Below are positions 32,567 through 41,942 of a stretch of DNA of 55,611 nt, piece by piece. Made by a program: the position numbers and the translations under genes. Position 1 is the stretch's first letter. Each line of letters starts with the position of its first letter. The notes beneath the pieces were generated by a model. That model searched no databases and was not told where the DNA came from. It was given only the letters and a program-made list of their open reading frames with translations. The stretch is from a virus (taxonomy: Duplodnaviria; Heunggongvirae; Uroviricota; Caudoviricetes), in the IMG/VR virus record IMGVR_UViG_2778261256_000006, positions 1 through 55,611 of that record. One strand, given 5' to 3'.

Positions 32567-33094
32567 TTAAAACGGTAAAATTCGTTCGACCCAATCGAAC
32601 ATGGCGACTGTCTTCCTACCGTCCCCCATGTTGAGTGTGACCTGACAAGCGTCAACGCCTCTTGACACCCCTTCTATTTCACGACCGTCCGCCATGTAGA
32701 CCCTTATAGACTTCTGCATCTCATGAGCCTGGCGACAAATTTTGAAGAAATCACGGCGAGATGGCCGATTGTCCACATAGTCTGGGTGTACCGTTGTCCG
32801 ACCCGTGAAGTCGTGCGCAATGCCTTCTGTCACACCTGATTCAATCGTGCTGATTCGCTCAAGTGGGAGCCTTATACGATTTTCTTTGTCGAACGGGGCA
32901 GGGCAAAGGTCGACTTTGTTGCGAGACGACATGAGACCCTGAACGTACATGCAGAACACCTGACCATCTTCCATCGTGACCCTTACAGGAATGAGATACT
33001 TACGCCAGAACATCAGCGCCTTCTCCACGTTGGTGTAATCGCGCGGCCAGACTTCTGCAGGAATCCCGTAGGTGATGTCAGTAATATTCGTCAT
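32567..33094 (-). CDS. hypothetical protein with two similar internal segments
   Basis: Last gene of the helicase operon; start may be 33136 or 33094. Confidence 0.45.
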   Translation of the reverse strand: MTNITDITYGIPAEVWPRDYTNVEKALMFWRKYLIPVRVTMEDGQVFCMYVQGLMSSRNKVDLCPAPFDKENRIRLPLERISTIESGVTEGIAHDFTGRTTVHPDYVDNRPSRRDFFKICRQAHEMQKSIRVYMADGREIEGVSRGVDACQVTLNMGDGRKTVAMFDWVERILPF

Positions 33095-33098
33095 ATCG

Positions 33099-33521
33099 TC
33101 ACAGTGTCGTTGGTAAGATATCGATGTCACCAGCATTACTGGTGAACACCCGGAAGACTTTCGTCTCGCCAGCTTTGGTAATCGTCTCGCGTTCCTGACG
33201 AGCAGGATTCAGTGCGCACAGCCCAGCGTCTTCGAGTGAGGCGCCAACAATCCATTCTCCGGCATCCAGATGAAAAGTGACTTTTTCACCTGTTTCCAGT
33301 TTTGCAACGGTTTCGCCATTGATGAAGATCGATGCGTCGCAACCGGCGCCCACCATGCTTTTATCTCTCATAACCACCAGCGTCGATGCCGCCGGAGATT
33401 GGTATTTGAATATTCTGGTCTGCGGTGCTGGCTTTGCCTCAGAGACAGGAATAGGACGAGATTGACATGCAGTGATAAGTAACGCGGAGGCAGCAACCAG
33501 AGGAAGTAATACGTGTTTCAT
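33099..33521 (-). CDS. lipoprotein (signal peptide with lipobox)
   Basis: MKHVLLPLVAASALLITAC: lipobox LITAC. Confidence 0.55.
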   Translation of the reverse strand: MKHVLLPLVAASALLITACQSRPIPVSEAKPAPQTRIFKYQSPAASTLVVMRDKSMVGAGCDASIFINGETVAKLETGEKVTFHLDAGEWIVGASLEDAGLCALNPARQERETITKAGETKVFRVFTSNAGDIDILPTTL

Positions 33522-33580
33522 TGTACCGAACAAAATCCTTATCTTTACGAAAATCATGGCGCCTCAAGGCGCCATAATGC

Positions 33581-33859
33581 TCAATCGAGGCGTTTTAGAA
33601 TATCGGCCAGATCTTCTTTGGTCATACCCGAGTTTTCGTAAATCTTCATGACCTTTTCACGAGCCTTTGCAGTAGTCTCTAATGACGTAGCTATCTTATC
33701 AAAATCACCCATCGTCATATTGGACAGCACCAGATTGATGATGTCTGCCTTTGACAGTTTTATGCTGCGTTCACGCAGTCGATTCTGAAAGGTCTCTAGT
33801 TTATCGTTTGCTTTTTCGGTTAACTTAACCTGGCAGTTAATAGCGCGTTTCTCGCTCAT
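33581..33859 (-). CDS. small hypothetical protein
   Basis: 92-aa ORF immediately downstream of the helicase gene. Confidence 0.45.
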   Translation of the reverse strand: MSEKRAINCQVKLTEKANDKLETFQNRLRERSIKLSKADIINLVLSNMTMGDFDKIATSLETTAKAREKVMKIYENSGMTKEDLADILKRLD

Positions 33860-33861
33860 GC

Positions 33862-35421
33862 TTACTCTCTATCCAAAACAGTGAAATCGAATGTGCTGCC
33901 AACCGGCAAGACCCCCTCGGCAAACCCAGGCGTCGTGTCGATAATGTGTTTCCGCTCATATGAATGCGACATGAGGTATTTGTTGCTCACGTCGATGAAG
34001 TCGGTAATAAAGCACACGTTAGCCTGATTTTTCTTGGCTCGTAAGCCACGACCGACACGCTGTCTCATTTCAACTTCTGCTTTCCCGCCACCACCCAGAA
34101 TCACCGCGCCTACGCTTGGAACGTCGACACCAACATCCAGAATGGTTGAACCAATGAGAACATCTATCTTGCCTGCCGCCAGACTATTAAGTTTTGCTTG
34201 TCGGGTAGTCTGGTTTGATTCTCCGTAGATGAAATCGACCTTGAGGCCACTCTCTTTCATCATTTCCATCAAGATCTGACCATGACGCCTCAGACGAACC
34301 AATGTCATACAGTTCAGACCGTGACTCTTGTACATTAGCGCTTCACGCACAATAGCTTCGTTGCGGCCCAGATTATAGACGATGCCTAACTGATAGGCTT
34401 TCTGGTAAGCCGTGCTCATTCCAACCCTAAAATTCAGGTGTTTTGAAGCAAGTTCGGCTCTAATCCGCGTCTCATCTGGAGTGTACGCGATTTTATGATA
34501 TAAAAAGTATGGTTTCGCTAAAATACCTCTGTCGATCAAATATTTCTCCGTTACTTTTATCTCGATGCGACCCGCAACGGCCATGAGACGCATATTTGCT
34601 TCAGTCGAGTCCTTCATGAACGGCGTAGCTGTCAGCGCCAGACGGTAGTCGGCATTGGTACACAACCGGGCTATATCGTAGAAGTTTGAGCCGGATGATT
34701 CGTGCGCTTCTTCCAGAATCAGCAGAGAAACGCTGGACAGGAAGCGCTTAACCAATTCCCGGCGTTTCAGGTGATACTGTTTTTTCTCTGGAGATGCGTC
34801 GCGCGACGGCTCTTCGAGAAAACTAGCAAGGGTCTGAACCGTGGCAACGTTGATATGGCGCGATACCTGAAACTCACCAGATCCAATCACCCCAACTTTC
34901 TGACCTTTCAGCCACGGCTCGCCATTCTTCGCGCGGTAGTCGATGGATTTCTGGAAGTTCTCTGCCATCTGGAACATCAGAACCGAGCGCGTGGTTAAAA
35001 ACAGCGTCATACGACCAATGCGAGCTGCTGCCTTACACGCTACGTTCGATTTACCGCCACCCGTCGCAATCTGGGCAATCATCATCCCTTCGCGCACCAG
35101 TGTTTCCACTGTCTGATCCTGATACGCGTAGTCCGGGTTATACGGGAATGGATTAACCACCGGATTCGGCTTACCCAGCGCGGGAGCTTTTTCCTTGCGA
35201 ACATGCACGCATTTGATGCCAGCTTTCAGAAGATTGGTCGCAACTGGCTTCGCAAACCCAGCCGGGAACGCGTTTTTACTCCAGTTGAACATCGTGCTGG
35301 TCCCTTTCCAGTCACCAGCCTCCACTTCATAGCTCAACATCTCCTGAACAAGCCGTTTCACGTTGTCATCAGCGCCAGAAATCAGCGCATTGACTGCATT
35401 TGATACAATCCGAACAGTCAT
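33862..35421 (-). CDS. DEAD/DEAH-box superfamily 2 helicase
   Basis: Walker A (ATGGGKS), DExH (LILEEAHES), motif III (LTATP), motif VI (QRVGRGLR). Confidence 0.8.
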   Translation of the reverse strand: MTVRIVSNAVNALISGADDNVKRLVQEMLSYEVEAGDWKGTSTMFNWSKNAFPAGFAKPVATNLLKAGIKCVHVRKEKAPALGKPNPVVNPFPYNPDYAYQDQTVETLVREGMMIAQIATGGGKSNVACKAAARIGRMTLFLTTRSVLMFQMAENFQKSIDYRAKNGEPWLKGQKVGVIGSGEFQVSRHINVATVQTLASFLEEPSRDASPEKKQYHLKRRELVKRFLSSVSLLILEEAHESSGSNFYDIARLCTNADYRLALTATPFMKDSTEANMRLMAVAGRIEIKVTEKYLIDRGILAKPYFLYHKIAYTPDETRIRAELASKHLNFRVGMSTAYQKAYQLGIVYNLGRNEAIVREALMYKSHGLNCMTLVRLRRHGQILMEMMKESGLKVDFIYGESNQTTRQAKLNSLAAGKIDVLIGSTILDVGVDVPSVGAVILGGGGKAEVEMRQRVGRGLRAKKNQANVCFITDFIDVSNKYLMSHSYERKHIIDTTPGFAEGVLPVGSTFDFTVLDRE

Positions 35422-35485
35422 AAACCTCTTTCCTTCGTGCCTTTTGTATGGTAATTGGCTATTATGTTAAGTAAGTACTTACACA

Positions 35486-36184
35486 ATGGATTGTATCAAA
35501 AATATGGATGTGAAAATTACGATTCTACAGGTGGAAGTCGCGAACCTGCGTCCGAACCCCTGGAATACCAACTCCGTTGGGGCGCAAAACTTCGAAAAAC
35601 TGAAAGGTTCCATCGAAAAGTTGGGCTTTTTTAAGCCAATTCTGGCGCGAGAGCTGGACGGCGGCATTTTTGAGATTCTCGGTGGCGAACATCGCTGGCG
35701 TGCCGCGATGGAGCAGGGCATTTCAACGGTTCCCGTAATGTCGGTGGGAAAAATTAACGACCTGGTGGCCAAACAGATGTCTCTCGTCGATAACGAGCGC
35801 TACGGCGAAGACGATCAGATCGCTTTGCAACGCTTAATCGAAGAAATTCAGTCTGAAATTGACTACCGGTTGTCTGATATCGCCCCGTATGACGACGAAA
35901 TGGCGGCAACGCTCGCCAAAGCATCCGTTATCGATCTTGAAGCGCTGGAAGCGCTCTCCCGCGGCGATGACGAGCCGGTCGGTGAGGACAAACGCGAGAA
36001 AATCGAGCGAGTCGGTGCTGAACACCAGACGATGCGCTTCAAGGTGACGTTCGATGCGTCAGATCGCGTCGCCGATACCATCAAAACCATCATCAAAGAG
36101 CAGGGAATCAATACCGGTAACGAAATGGAGAACGCCGGGGAAGCCTTGGTGTGGCTGGTCGACTACTACAAGGAGCGTATGTAA
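35486..36184 (+). CDS. ParB/Srx-type N-terminal domain protein (ParB-like nuclease domain) 1
   Basis: ParB box-II-like motif (ILGGEHRWRAA); 232 aa. Confidence 0.65.
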   Translation: MDCIKNMDVKITILQVEVANLRPNPWNTNSVGAQNFEKLKGSIEKLGFFKPILARELDGGIFEILGGEHRWRAAMEQGISTVPVMSVGKINDLVAKQMSLVDNERYGEDDQIALQRLIEEIQSEIDYRLSDIAPYDDEMAATLAKASVIDLEALEALSRGDDEPVGEDKREKIERVGAEHQTMRFKVTFDASDRVADTIKTIIKEQGINTGNEMENAGEALVWLVDYYKERM

Positions 36185-36852
36185 TGACCAAGAACTTTGA
36201 AATCGTATATCGAAACCCGGCAGAACTTATCCCGTATGAGATGAACGCCAAAAAACATGACGAACAGCAGATCCACGACCTGGCGGCTGCCATCAAAAAG
36301 CGCGGTTTTGACCAGCCGATCACGGTCGACAAGCACGACGTCATCATTACTGGTCACGGTCGTCGCGAGGCGGCACTTCTGGCTGGTCTGGAGCGTGTGC
36401 CTGTCATCGTTCGCGACGATCTGAGCGAAGAAGAAGTGAAGGCGAAGCGTCTTGAAGACAACCGCCTGGCCAGTATTGACTACGACGCCATCAAATTGCA
36501 GCAGGAACTGGAGTCCCTGGTGCTGGGTGACGTTGAGGTCTTTGGTTTTGAAGAGCGAGAGCTGAACGTGCTTGTTGGCAGCATGACCGAAGAGATGGAA
36601 ACAGGCTCTCTGGTGCTCGATCTGGGTGAAGAGACGGAACGCCAGAAAGAAGAGCACACCGAGATCAGTCGCGAAGTGGCCTCTGAAGAAGTCCGAGTCA
36701 TCGACGTATTGGGCTTTAAAACGCTCCCTGCTGGCTCTGCCATTGTGGTTGGGGATTTGCTTGCCCACATGGAAGAAATTACGGGAGAAAGCGGGGTAGA
36801 CGCTTTCGTGGCGTATGCGGAGAAAGTTTCCTCTGGGGAGCTGGCTGCATGA
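36185..36852 (+). CDS. ParB/Srx-type N-terminal domain protein 2
   Basis: ParB box-II-like motif (IITGHGRREAA); acidic C-terminal half. Confidence 0.6.
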
Positions 36853-37487
36853 GCAAATACACCATCAACGTATCGTTTCAGACCCGCGTGAACAAAACCA
36901 CGCGCACGCTGGAGATTGCCGAATCGTTCGGTCTTGGCCTGGACGAAAAAGAGTGGACGCTTTACGACAATCTGGAGCTGGAAGTGAAGCAGGGCGATGT
37001 GGTGTACATCACCGGCCAATCCGGTTCCGGTAAATCCGTTGTGCTGCGCGAGCTGCAACGCCAGATGAAGGATGAAGGGCTTTCTGTAGCCTCCATCGAT
37101 GACTTTGCCTTCGACAATGAGGTTAACGTCATTGACCAGCTGGGCAAAACCACCAGCGAAGCGCTGGGGCTGCTGTCTATGGCCGGATTGAATGACGCCT
37201 ATCTCTTTGTGCGTAAGCCATCCGAGATGTCTGACGGCCAGAAATACCGTCTCAAGATCGCCAAGCTGATCGAGTCCGGCGCGAAAGTCTGGGCTGCCGA
37301 CGAATTTGGCGCTGTTCTCGACCGTGTAACCGCCCAGGTTGTGGCGTCGAACCTCCAGCGTGCCGCCCGTAAGGTTGGTGCGACGGTAATGGTGGCGACG
37401 ACCCACGAAGACCTGAAGAACGCGCTGCGCCCGGATATGCAGATCACCAAGCACTACAAAGAACGCGTGAAGGTGGAATATGCCTGA
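36849..37487 (+). CDS. minimal ABC-type ATPase
   Basis: Walker A (GQSGSGKS), signature-like (SDGQKYR), Walker B (VWAADEFG), H-loop-like (TTHE); 212 aa. Confidence 0.65.
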   Translation: MSKYTINVSFQTRVNKTTRTLEIAESFGLGLDEKEWTLYDNLELEVKQGDVVYITGQSGSGKSVVLRELQRQMKDEGLSVASIDDFAFDNEVNVIDQLGKTTSEALGLLSMAGLNDAYLFVRKPSEMSDGQKYRLKIAKLIESGAKVWAADEFGAVLDRVTAQVVASNLQRAARKVGATVMVATTHEDLKNALRPDMQITKHYKERVKVEYA

Positions 37488-37734
37488 TTTGAAGATCGTA
37501 GAGCTGAAGCCATCGAAAGAGGCTGACAACAACAACGTTGAAGTCATCCGCCTGCTGGAAGAAGCACTCCAGTACGCCAGAGAAGGCAAAAGCCAGAGCC
37601 TGGCACTGCTGATGATCAACAACGACGGCAGTGTGCTGGATTGCTGGCATAACGGTGGGCGTCCATACGTCATGGTTGGGGCGATGGAATCGCTTCGCCT
37701 GGACTTCATCAATGCCAATATCGAGCGTAGGTGA
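37480..37734 (+). CDS. small hypothetical protein
   Basis: 84-aa ORF overlapping both neighbours. Confidence 0.4.
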   Translation: MPDLKIVELKPSKEADNNNVEVIRLLEEALQYAREGKSQSLALLMINNDGSVLDCWHNGGRPYVMVGAMESLRLDFINANIERR

Positions 37735-38630
37735 TCGACATGACAGGCATCATCATCAAACGCTACCGCCCGGAAGAGTTCCCGCGTCATCTGGACTTTC
37801 TGGAGCGTATGACCGTTACCAAAGGCACGGTTGAAGACTGGCACGCGCTGAAGTCGCTGCACTACAAGACGGATGGTAAGCCGTTTGCGCCAACGTATTA
37901 TCGCTGCGAACTGGACGACCGGCTGGTGGGCGTCGTGGTTATGGCTTACCCGAAACTGCTGCTGGCGCCTCGCCATCGCATGTTTCCTAAGCTGAAGCCA
38001 ACCACCAATACCACCGTGGCCAACCAGTATTGGGGGCGGTACGTGAACAACAACTTTGCGGTGATCAGCCGTTCCGTTGTGGACACTCAGTACCGCGGTG
38101 TCGGCGTCTCCTATCGAATGATTAACCTGGTTAGCAGGATGCACGACCGGCCAATCATCGAGATCCAGTCGTCGATGAGCAAATACAACCCGTTCGCCAT
38201 GAAAGCAGGGTTCCAGTTCATCCGTCCGGAGCGTCCGAAGAGCTATGAGAGTGCGTTGCGCGTCTTCCAGCGTCATTTCCGTTCCGACCCTGGCGACAAC
38301 GAAGCGATCGTCAAAGAGCTGTTTGCCATGAGTGAGTCTCGCCGTCGTCGTGCGCTGCGTGATCTGGTCGCTGACTACCACAAGAACAGTTCCCTGGCCA
38401 AAGCCGGGCGTAATCGTGGCACGACGATTCAGGACATTGCCGACAGCCTGGTGGACGAGGCCAGCATCGTGAAGCTGCTCAAGGACATTCACAACCTGAG
38501 CTTCACGTCTCCGCTGTATGGCGTGTACCGAAACCCGGACTTTGGTCGTCAGCTGCCGGACACGCTGCCACTGCTGGCATTCGACAAACAGCCTTTGAAT
38601 AAACCTCTTGAAATTGCATTACCGGCATAA
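37731..38630 (+). CDS. GNAT-like acyltransferase-fold protein (tentative)
   Basis: Motif-A-like segment (VVDTQYRGVGVSYRMINLV) typical of GNAT acetyl-CoA binding; 299 aa. Confidence 0.45.
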   Translation: MIDMTGIIIKRYRPEEFPRHLDFLERMTVTKGTVEDWHALKSLHYKTDGKPFAPTYYRCELDDRLVGVVVMAYPKLLLAPRHRMFPKLKPTTNTTVANQYWGRYVNNNFAVISRSVVDTQYRGVGVSYRMINLVSRMHDRPIIEIQSSMSKYNPFAMKAGFQFIRPERPKSYESALRVFQRHFRSDPGDNEAIVKELFAMSESRRRRALRDLVADYHKNSSLAKAGRNRGTTIQDIADSLVDEASIVKLLKDIHNLSFTSPLYGVYRNPDFGRQLPDTLPLLAFDKQPLNKPLEIALPA

Positions 38631-38639
38631 GGATTTGCC

Positions 38640-38906
38640 ATGACGTTGACCGACAAACAAAAAGACATCATCAAAACCATCAATTTAGGCCATGAGCGTG
38701 GGCATCTGCTCGATCTGGACGAGCTGCTTGAAGTGCTGCCGTACAAAACGACCAAACAGAGTATGCAGTTCTCTATCCGCGCACTGGTGAAAAAGGGGCT
38801 GGTGGAGAAAGGAATGTGCCGCCAGCGCGGTGATTCCGGCTACCACCGTCGCACGCTGGGACTGACCACTTTAGGTCGTGCCAGAGCCAAATTACTGGTG
38901 ATGTAA
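38640..38906 (+). CDS. small probable winged-helix DNA-binding protein
   Basis: 88 aa; basic C-terminus (RRTLGLTTLGRARAKL). Confidence 0.4.
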   Translation: MTLTDKQKDIIKTINLGHERGHLLDLDELLEVLPYKTTKQSMQFSIRALVKKGLVEKGMCRQRGDSGYHRRTLGLTTLGRARAKLLVM

Positions 38907-38928
38907 GTCGGTCTGGGAGCCAGTTTGA

Positions 38929-38989
38929 GAGCCTGCTTCCGTATATATAAATACTAAGTGACTTATTAAATATATACGGAAGCAGGCTC
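38929..38989. repeat. 61-bp palindromic element (19-bp arms), copy A of a two-copy repeat
   Basis: GAGCCTGCTTCCGTATATA..TATATACGGAAGCAGGCTC; about 85% identical to the element at 51046-51100. Confidence 0.6.
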
Positions 38990-39020
38990 TGAATACTCCC
39001 CAGCCCGGTTTTAAACACCC

Positions 39021-39064
39021 AGAAAACAAATTGGTTAGGCACTGAATTAAACAAGTTGTTTAGG
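39021..39064. promoter_or_regulatory. tandem pair of operator-like palindromes upstream of terS
   Basis: AGAAAACAAATTGGTTAGG and TAAACAAGTTGTTTAGG. Confidence 0.5.
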
Positions 39065-39101
39065 AGCGCAAGGATGCGCTCTGAGTGTTTTAGAGGGATC
39101 T

Positions 39102-39743
39102 ATGACTATAGAAAAAGACGAGAGCAAAACTCGCCTGACACCAGCTGAGTGGGCAGAAGCCGAAGCGAAGTGGACTTCCGGCGAATACACACTCTCCAAG
39201 CTGGAGGAAGAGTACGGCATTCGTCGTGAAACGCTCTCCAGACATTTCAAAAAGCGTGGATTAGAGAAAGGCGCGGACTCCGTTGGGAAGATGGTGCGCG
39301 AGTCGCTCAAATCCGACGCAGAGCTGCGTGCGAAGGCGCGTGCAGAGAAAATCGAAGAGCGCCGGACTCGTTACGACGATTGGGCGTTCGCACTCGGTCG
39401 TATGGTGATGCATGAGGTGGCCATAGCCAAGAAGGACGGCAGGCCACTGGCAGCCATCGAAGATGACCTGAAGAGTCTCCAGCGTGCCAGCGGCACACTC
39501 GCTAAGTGCTTCGAAATATCGTCGAAAGCGCTCGGTATGGATCGCGTGGAGAACGAGGACGACGAAATCCCGAACCTGGTATTTGGCGAACTTACGCCTT
39601 CCCAGGTGGCGCAGCTGCGTAAGGAAGATGATGAGCCGGATCTGATTGATGACGATCTGCTTGAGTCACTCGAAGAGGAAGCACTGAGCGAAGCTGAGGG
39701 CGATTCTGAAGCGTCTGGTGATGAAAGTGATGGGAGCGTCTGA
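39102..39743 (+). CDS. Terminase small subunit (TerS)-like
   Basis: 213 aa, N-terminal helix-turn-helix-like region, highly acidic C-terminus; immediately precedes TerL. Confidence 0.6.
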   Translation: MTIEKDESKTRLTPAEWAEAEAKWTSGEYTLSKLEEEYGIRRETLSRHFKKRGLEKGADSVGKMVRESLKSDAELRAKARAEKIEERRTRYDDWAFALGRMVMHEVAIAKKDGRPLAAIEDDLKSLQRASGTLAKCFEISSKALGMDRVENEDDEIPNLVFGELTPSQVAQLRKEDDEPDLIDDDLLESLEEEALSEAEGDSEASGDESDGSV

Positions 39744-39745
39744 CT

Positions 39746-40999
39746 ATGACCATCCCGTCGTCTCTGAGTCTCGTACAGCTGCATTCTGGGCAGATGCAAG
39801 TCTTCCAGTCGCCACATCGTTTCAAAGTGGTGTGTGCGGGTCGACGCTGGGGTAAATCCCGGTTGTCGATCTCCACCATCATCCGCGCGGCAGCCAAAGA
39901 GAAGAAGCAACGTGTCTGGTATGTCGCACCGACTTACCAGATGGCTCGCCAGATCTTGTGGGATGACCTGCAGGAAGTTCTGCCGCGCAAATGGGTTCGT
40001 AAGAAAAACGACACCACGATGACCATCGTGCTGAAGAACGGCTCTGAAATCGCGCTGAAAGGTGCGGATAAGCCCGATACGCTTCGTGGTGTGGCACTGC
40101 ACTTTGTGGTGCTCGATGAATTTCAGGATATGAAGCCTGACACCTGGTACAAGGTACTGCGTCCGACACTGTCCTCCACCCGTGGCGGTGCGCTGATCAT
40201 CGGTACGCCAAAAGGCTTCTCCGAGTTCCACAAGCTGTGGACTATCGGTCAGAACAAAGATTTGCAACGCAAGGGGCAGTGGAAGAGCTGGCAGTTCGTT
40301 ACGGCCGATTCTCCGTTCGTACCGAGCGCGGAAATCGAAGCAGCGAAGAACGATATGGACCCTAAATCGTTCGCACAGGAATACCTGGCCAGCTTCGAAA
40401 ACATGTCCGGACGCGTTTACTACCCGTTCGACCGCAATGTGCATGTGAAGCCACTCCAGTTCAATCCGAAACTGCCGATCTGGGTTGGTCAGGACTTCAA
40501 CATCGACCCTATGTCATCGGTCATCCTGCAACCGCAGCCAAATGGTGAACTGTGGGCTGTGGACGAATTGGTGTTGTTCTCTTCTAACACGGCTGAAGTG
40601 TGTGACGAGCTGGAGCGTCGATACTGGCGCTGGAAATCTCAGGTCACTATCTTTCCTGACCCGGCAGGTGCGTATCGCCAGCACGCACGCGGCGAATCTG
40701 ACGTCGACATCTTCAAAGAGAAAGGTTTCCTTCGAGTCGATTATCCGAAGAAGCACCCGCCGATCGCAGACCGTGTTAACGCAGTGAACCGCATGTTGAT
40801 GAGTGCCTCGGGCGAAACCCGGTTGTACATCGATCCGAAGTGCAAACACCTCATCGACTCGCTGGAGAAGGTGATCTACAAGCCAGGCTCACGCGATATG
40901 GATAAGACTGGCGGCATCGAACACAGTGCGGATGCGTTGGGTTATCCAGCGTGCATCGTCGCTGGGGACTGCGTGGGCGCCTTGGGCATCTGGAAGTAG
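39746..40999 (+). CDS. Terminase large subunit (TerL)
   Basis: Walker A (VCAGRRWGKS), Walker B (HFVVLDEFQD), C-terminal RNaseH-like nuclease region. Confidence 0.85.
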   Translation: MTIPSSLSLVQLHSGQMQVFQSPHRFKVVCAGRRWGKSRLSISTIIRAAAKEKKQRVWYVAPTYQMARQILWDDLQEVLPRKWVRKKNDTTMTIVLKNGSEIALKGADKPDTLRGVALHFVVLDEFQDMKPDTWYKVLRPTLSSTRGGALIIGTPKGFSEFHKLWTIGQNKDLQRKGQWKSWQFVTADSPFVPSAEIEAAKNDMDPKSFAQEYLASFENMSGRVYYPFDRNVHVKPLQFNPKLPIWVGQDFNIDPMSSVILQPQPNGELWAVDELVLFSSNTAEVCDELERRYWRWKSQVTIFPDPAGAYRQHARGESDVDIFKEKGFLRVDYPKKHPPIADRVNAVNRMLMSASGETRLYIDPKCKHLIDSLEKVIYKPGSRDMDKTGGIEHSADALGYPACIVAGDCVGALGIWK

Positions 41000-41009
41000 G
41001 GGCAAACAT

Positions 41010-41483
41010 ATGGGTCTGAAGTACGACGCGCATCAGTTTAAGCGTGCTGGCGACAGGCTCAATAACAGCCAGAAAGCCTTTAAGCGTTATCTCATTCGTG
41101 ACATGGAGAAGCTGGCGCGTCTGGTTGAGCGTCTGGCGCGGGCAATGGCTCCGCTGGAGACTGGCTCACTCGAAAGCGCGATTTTCGCGAGAGTTGTCAA
41201 AGAGGGCTATACGGGGCTGCGTATTGAGTTATCGGTGTCTGGGGCTAAACCGCGCGAAGGGAACCCTGGTGTTGAGGTTGGTGATTATGCGGAGTACATG
41301 GAGTTGGGCAAGTATCGTCTCGGCTATCTCTCCCGCATGAAGAGCGTCACCAACCCGCCAGTTGCTGGTGTGAAGCCACGCGTTGGGCCTTTGTTCCTTG
41401 AAAGAGCGGCACAGGTCAGTGAGAAACAGTTCGCTCAGACGATAGCTGAAGCAGCAAGGAAAGCAGGTTTTACGAGAAGTTGA
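41010..41483 (+). CDS. virion morphogenesis protein (HK97 gp10-like; tentative)
   Basis: 158 aa; position and composition resemble head-tail joining proteins; motif-level support is weak. Confidence 0.4.
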   Translation: MGLKYDAHQFKRAGDRLNNSQKAFKRYLIRDMEKLARLVERLARAMAPLETGSLESAIFARVVKEGYTGLRIELSVSGAKPREGNPGVEVGDYAEYMELGKYRLGYLSRMKSVTNPPVAGVKPRVGPLFLERAAQVSEKQFAQTIAEAARKAGFTRS

Positions 41484-41484
41484 T

Positions 41485-41868
41485 GTGTTTATTGAAGCAT
41501 TTGCGAGCCTGATGCAGAAGGCGAAGATCGGCACACTCGGCACTGACATTTTCTGTCACTACATGCCAGCCAATGTGAAGTCCGGCGTCCTGTTGGTTAC
41601 TCCCAATACGGGGATCGCCATTGACCATGAGTTAAAAGGCTTTTATCACGACTCTTTTACCGTCATCGTGCGTAATGCGACGATCACAAAGGCGGTGGCG
41701 AAAGCCAATAAGATCATGGACATGTTTCCCGTCGAGGAAACCGTGTCAGATGGCGTTTACTTCCGGTTGGTACGACCAATGTCGATGCCGATAACTTATC
41801 CAAAAAACGAAGGCTCGTTGATTGAAGCGGGCATCCCGATTGAATTTGCGGGCTATTTGTTGAATTAA
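41485..41868 (+). CDS. tail terminator-like protein (tentative)
   Basis: 127-aa ORF immediately upstream of the major tail gene. Confidence 0.4.
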   Translation: MFIEAFASLMQKAKIGTLGTDIFCHYMPANVKSGVLLVTPNTGIAIDHELKGFYHDSFTVIVRNATITKAVAKANKIMDMFPVEETVSDGVYFRLVRPMSMPITYPKNEGSLIEAGIPIEFAGYLLN

Positions 41869-41942
41869 CAAAATAAGTAAGTATATACTTACTATTGGCG
41901 CCATGAAGGTGCTGATTTAACGGAAAAAGGAGTTTTCCAACA

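Noticed and set aside
35486-36852. ParB-like pair as the plasmid partition ParB
   Set aside because: A compact parA plus small centromere-binding-protein cassette exists at 49091-50115, and there is no ParA next to these genes; they more likely have another role. Not fully excluded.
36480-38492. 670-aa ORF on the minus strand, the longest unexplained ORF in the window
   Set aside because: It is antisense to the ParB-like/ABC-ATPase/GNAT-like operon, whose plus-strand genes carry clear catalytic motifs. Its translation is low-complexity (Arg/His/Ser-rich) with no motifs, typical of a spurious antisense frame in GC-rich coding DNA.
39371-40444. 357-aa minus-strand ORF
   Set aside because: Antisense to terS/terL, which have Walker motifs; composition is Arg/Ser-rich with no domain features.
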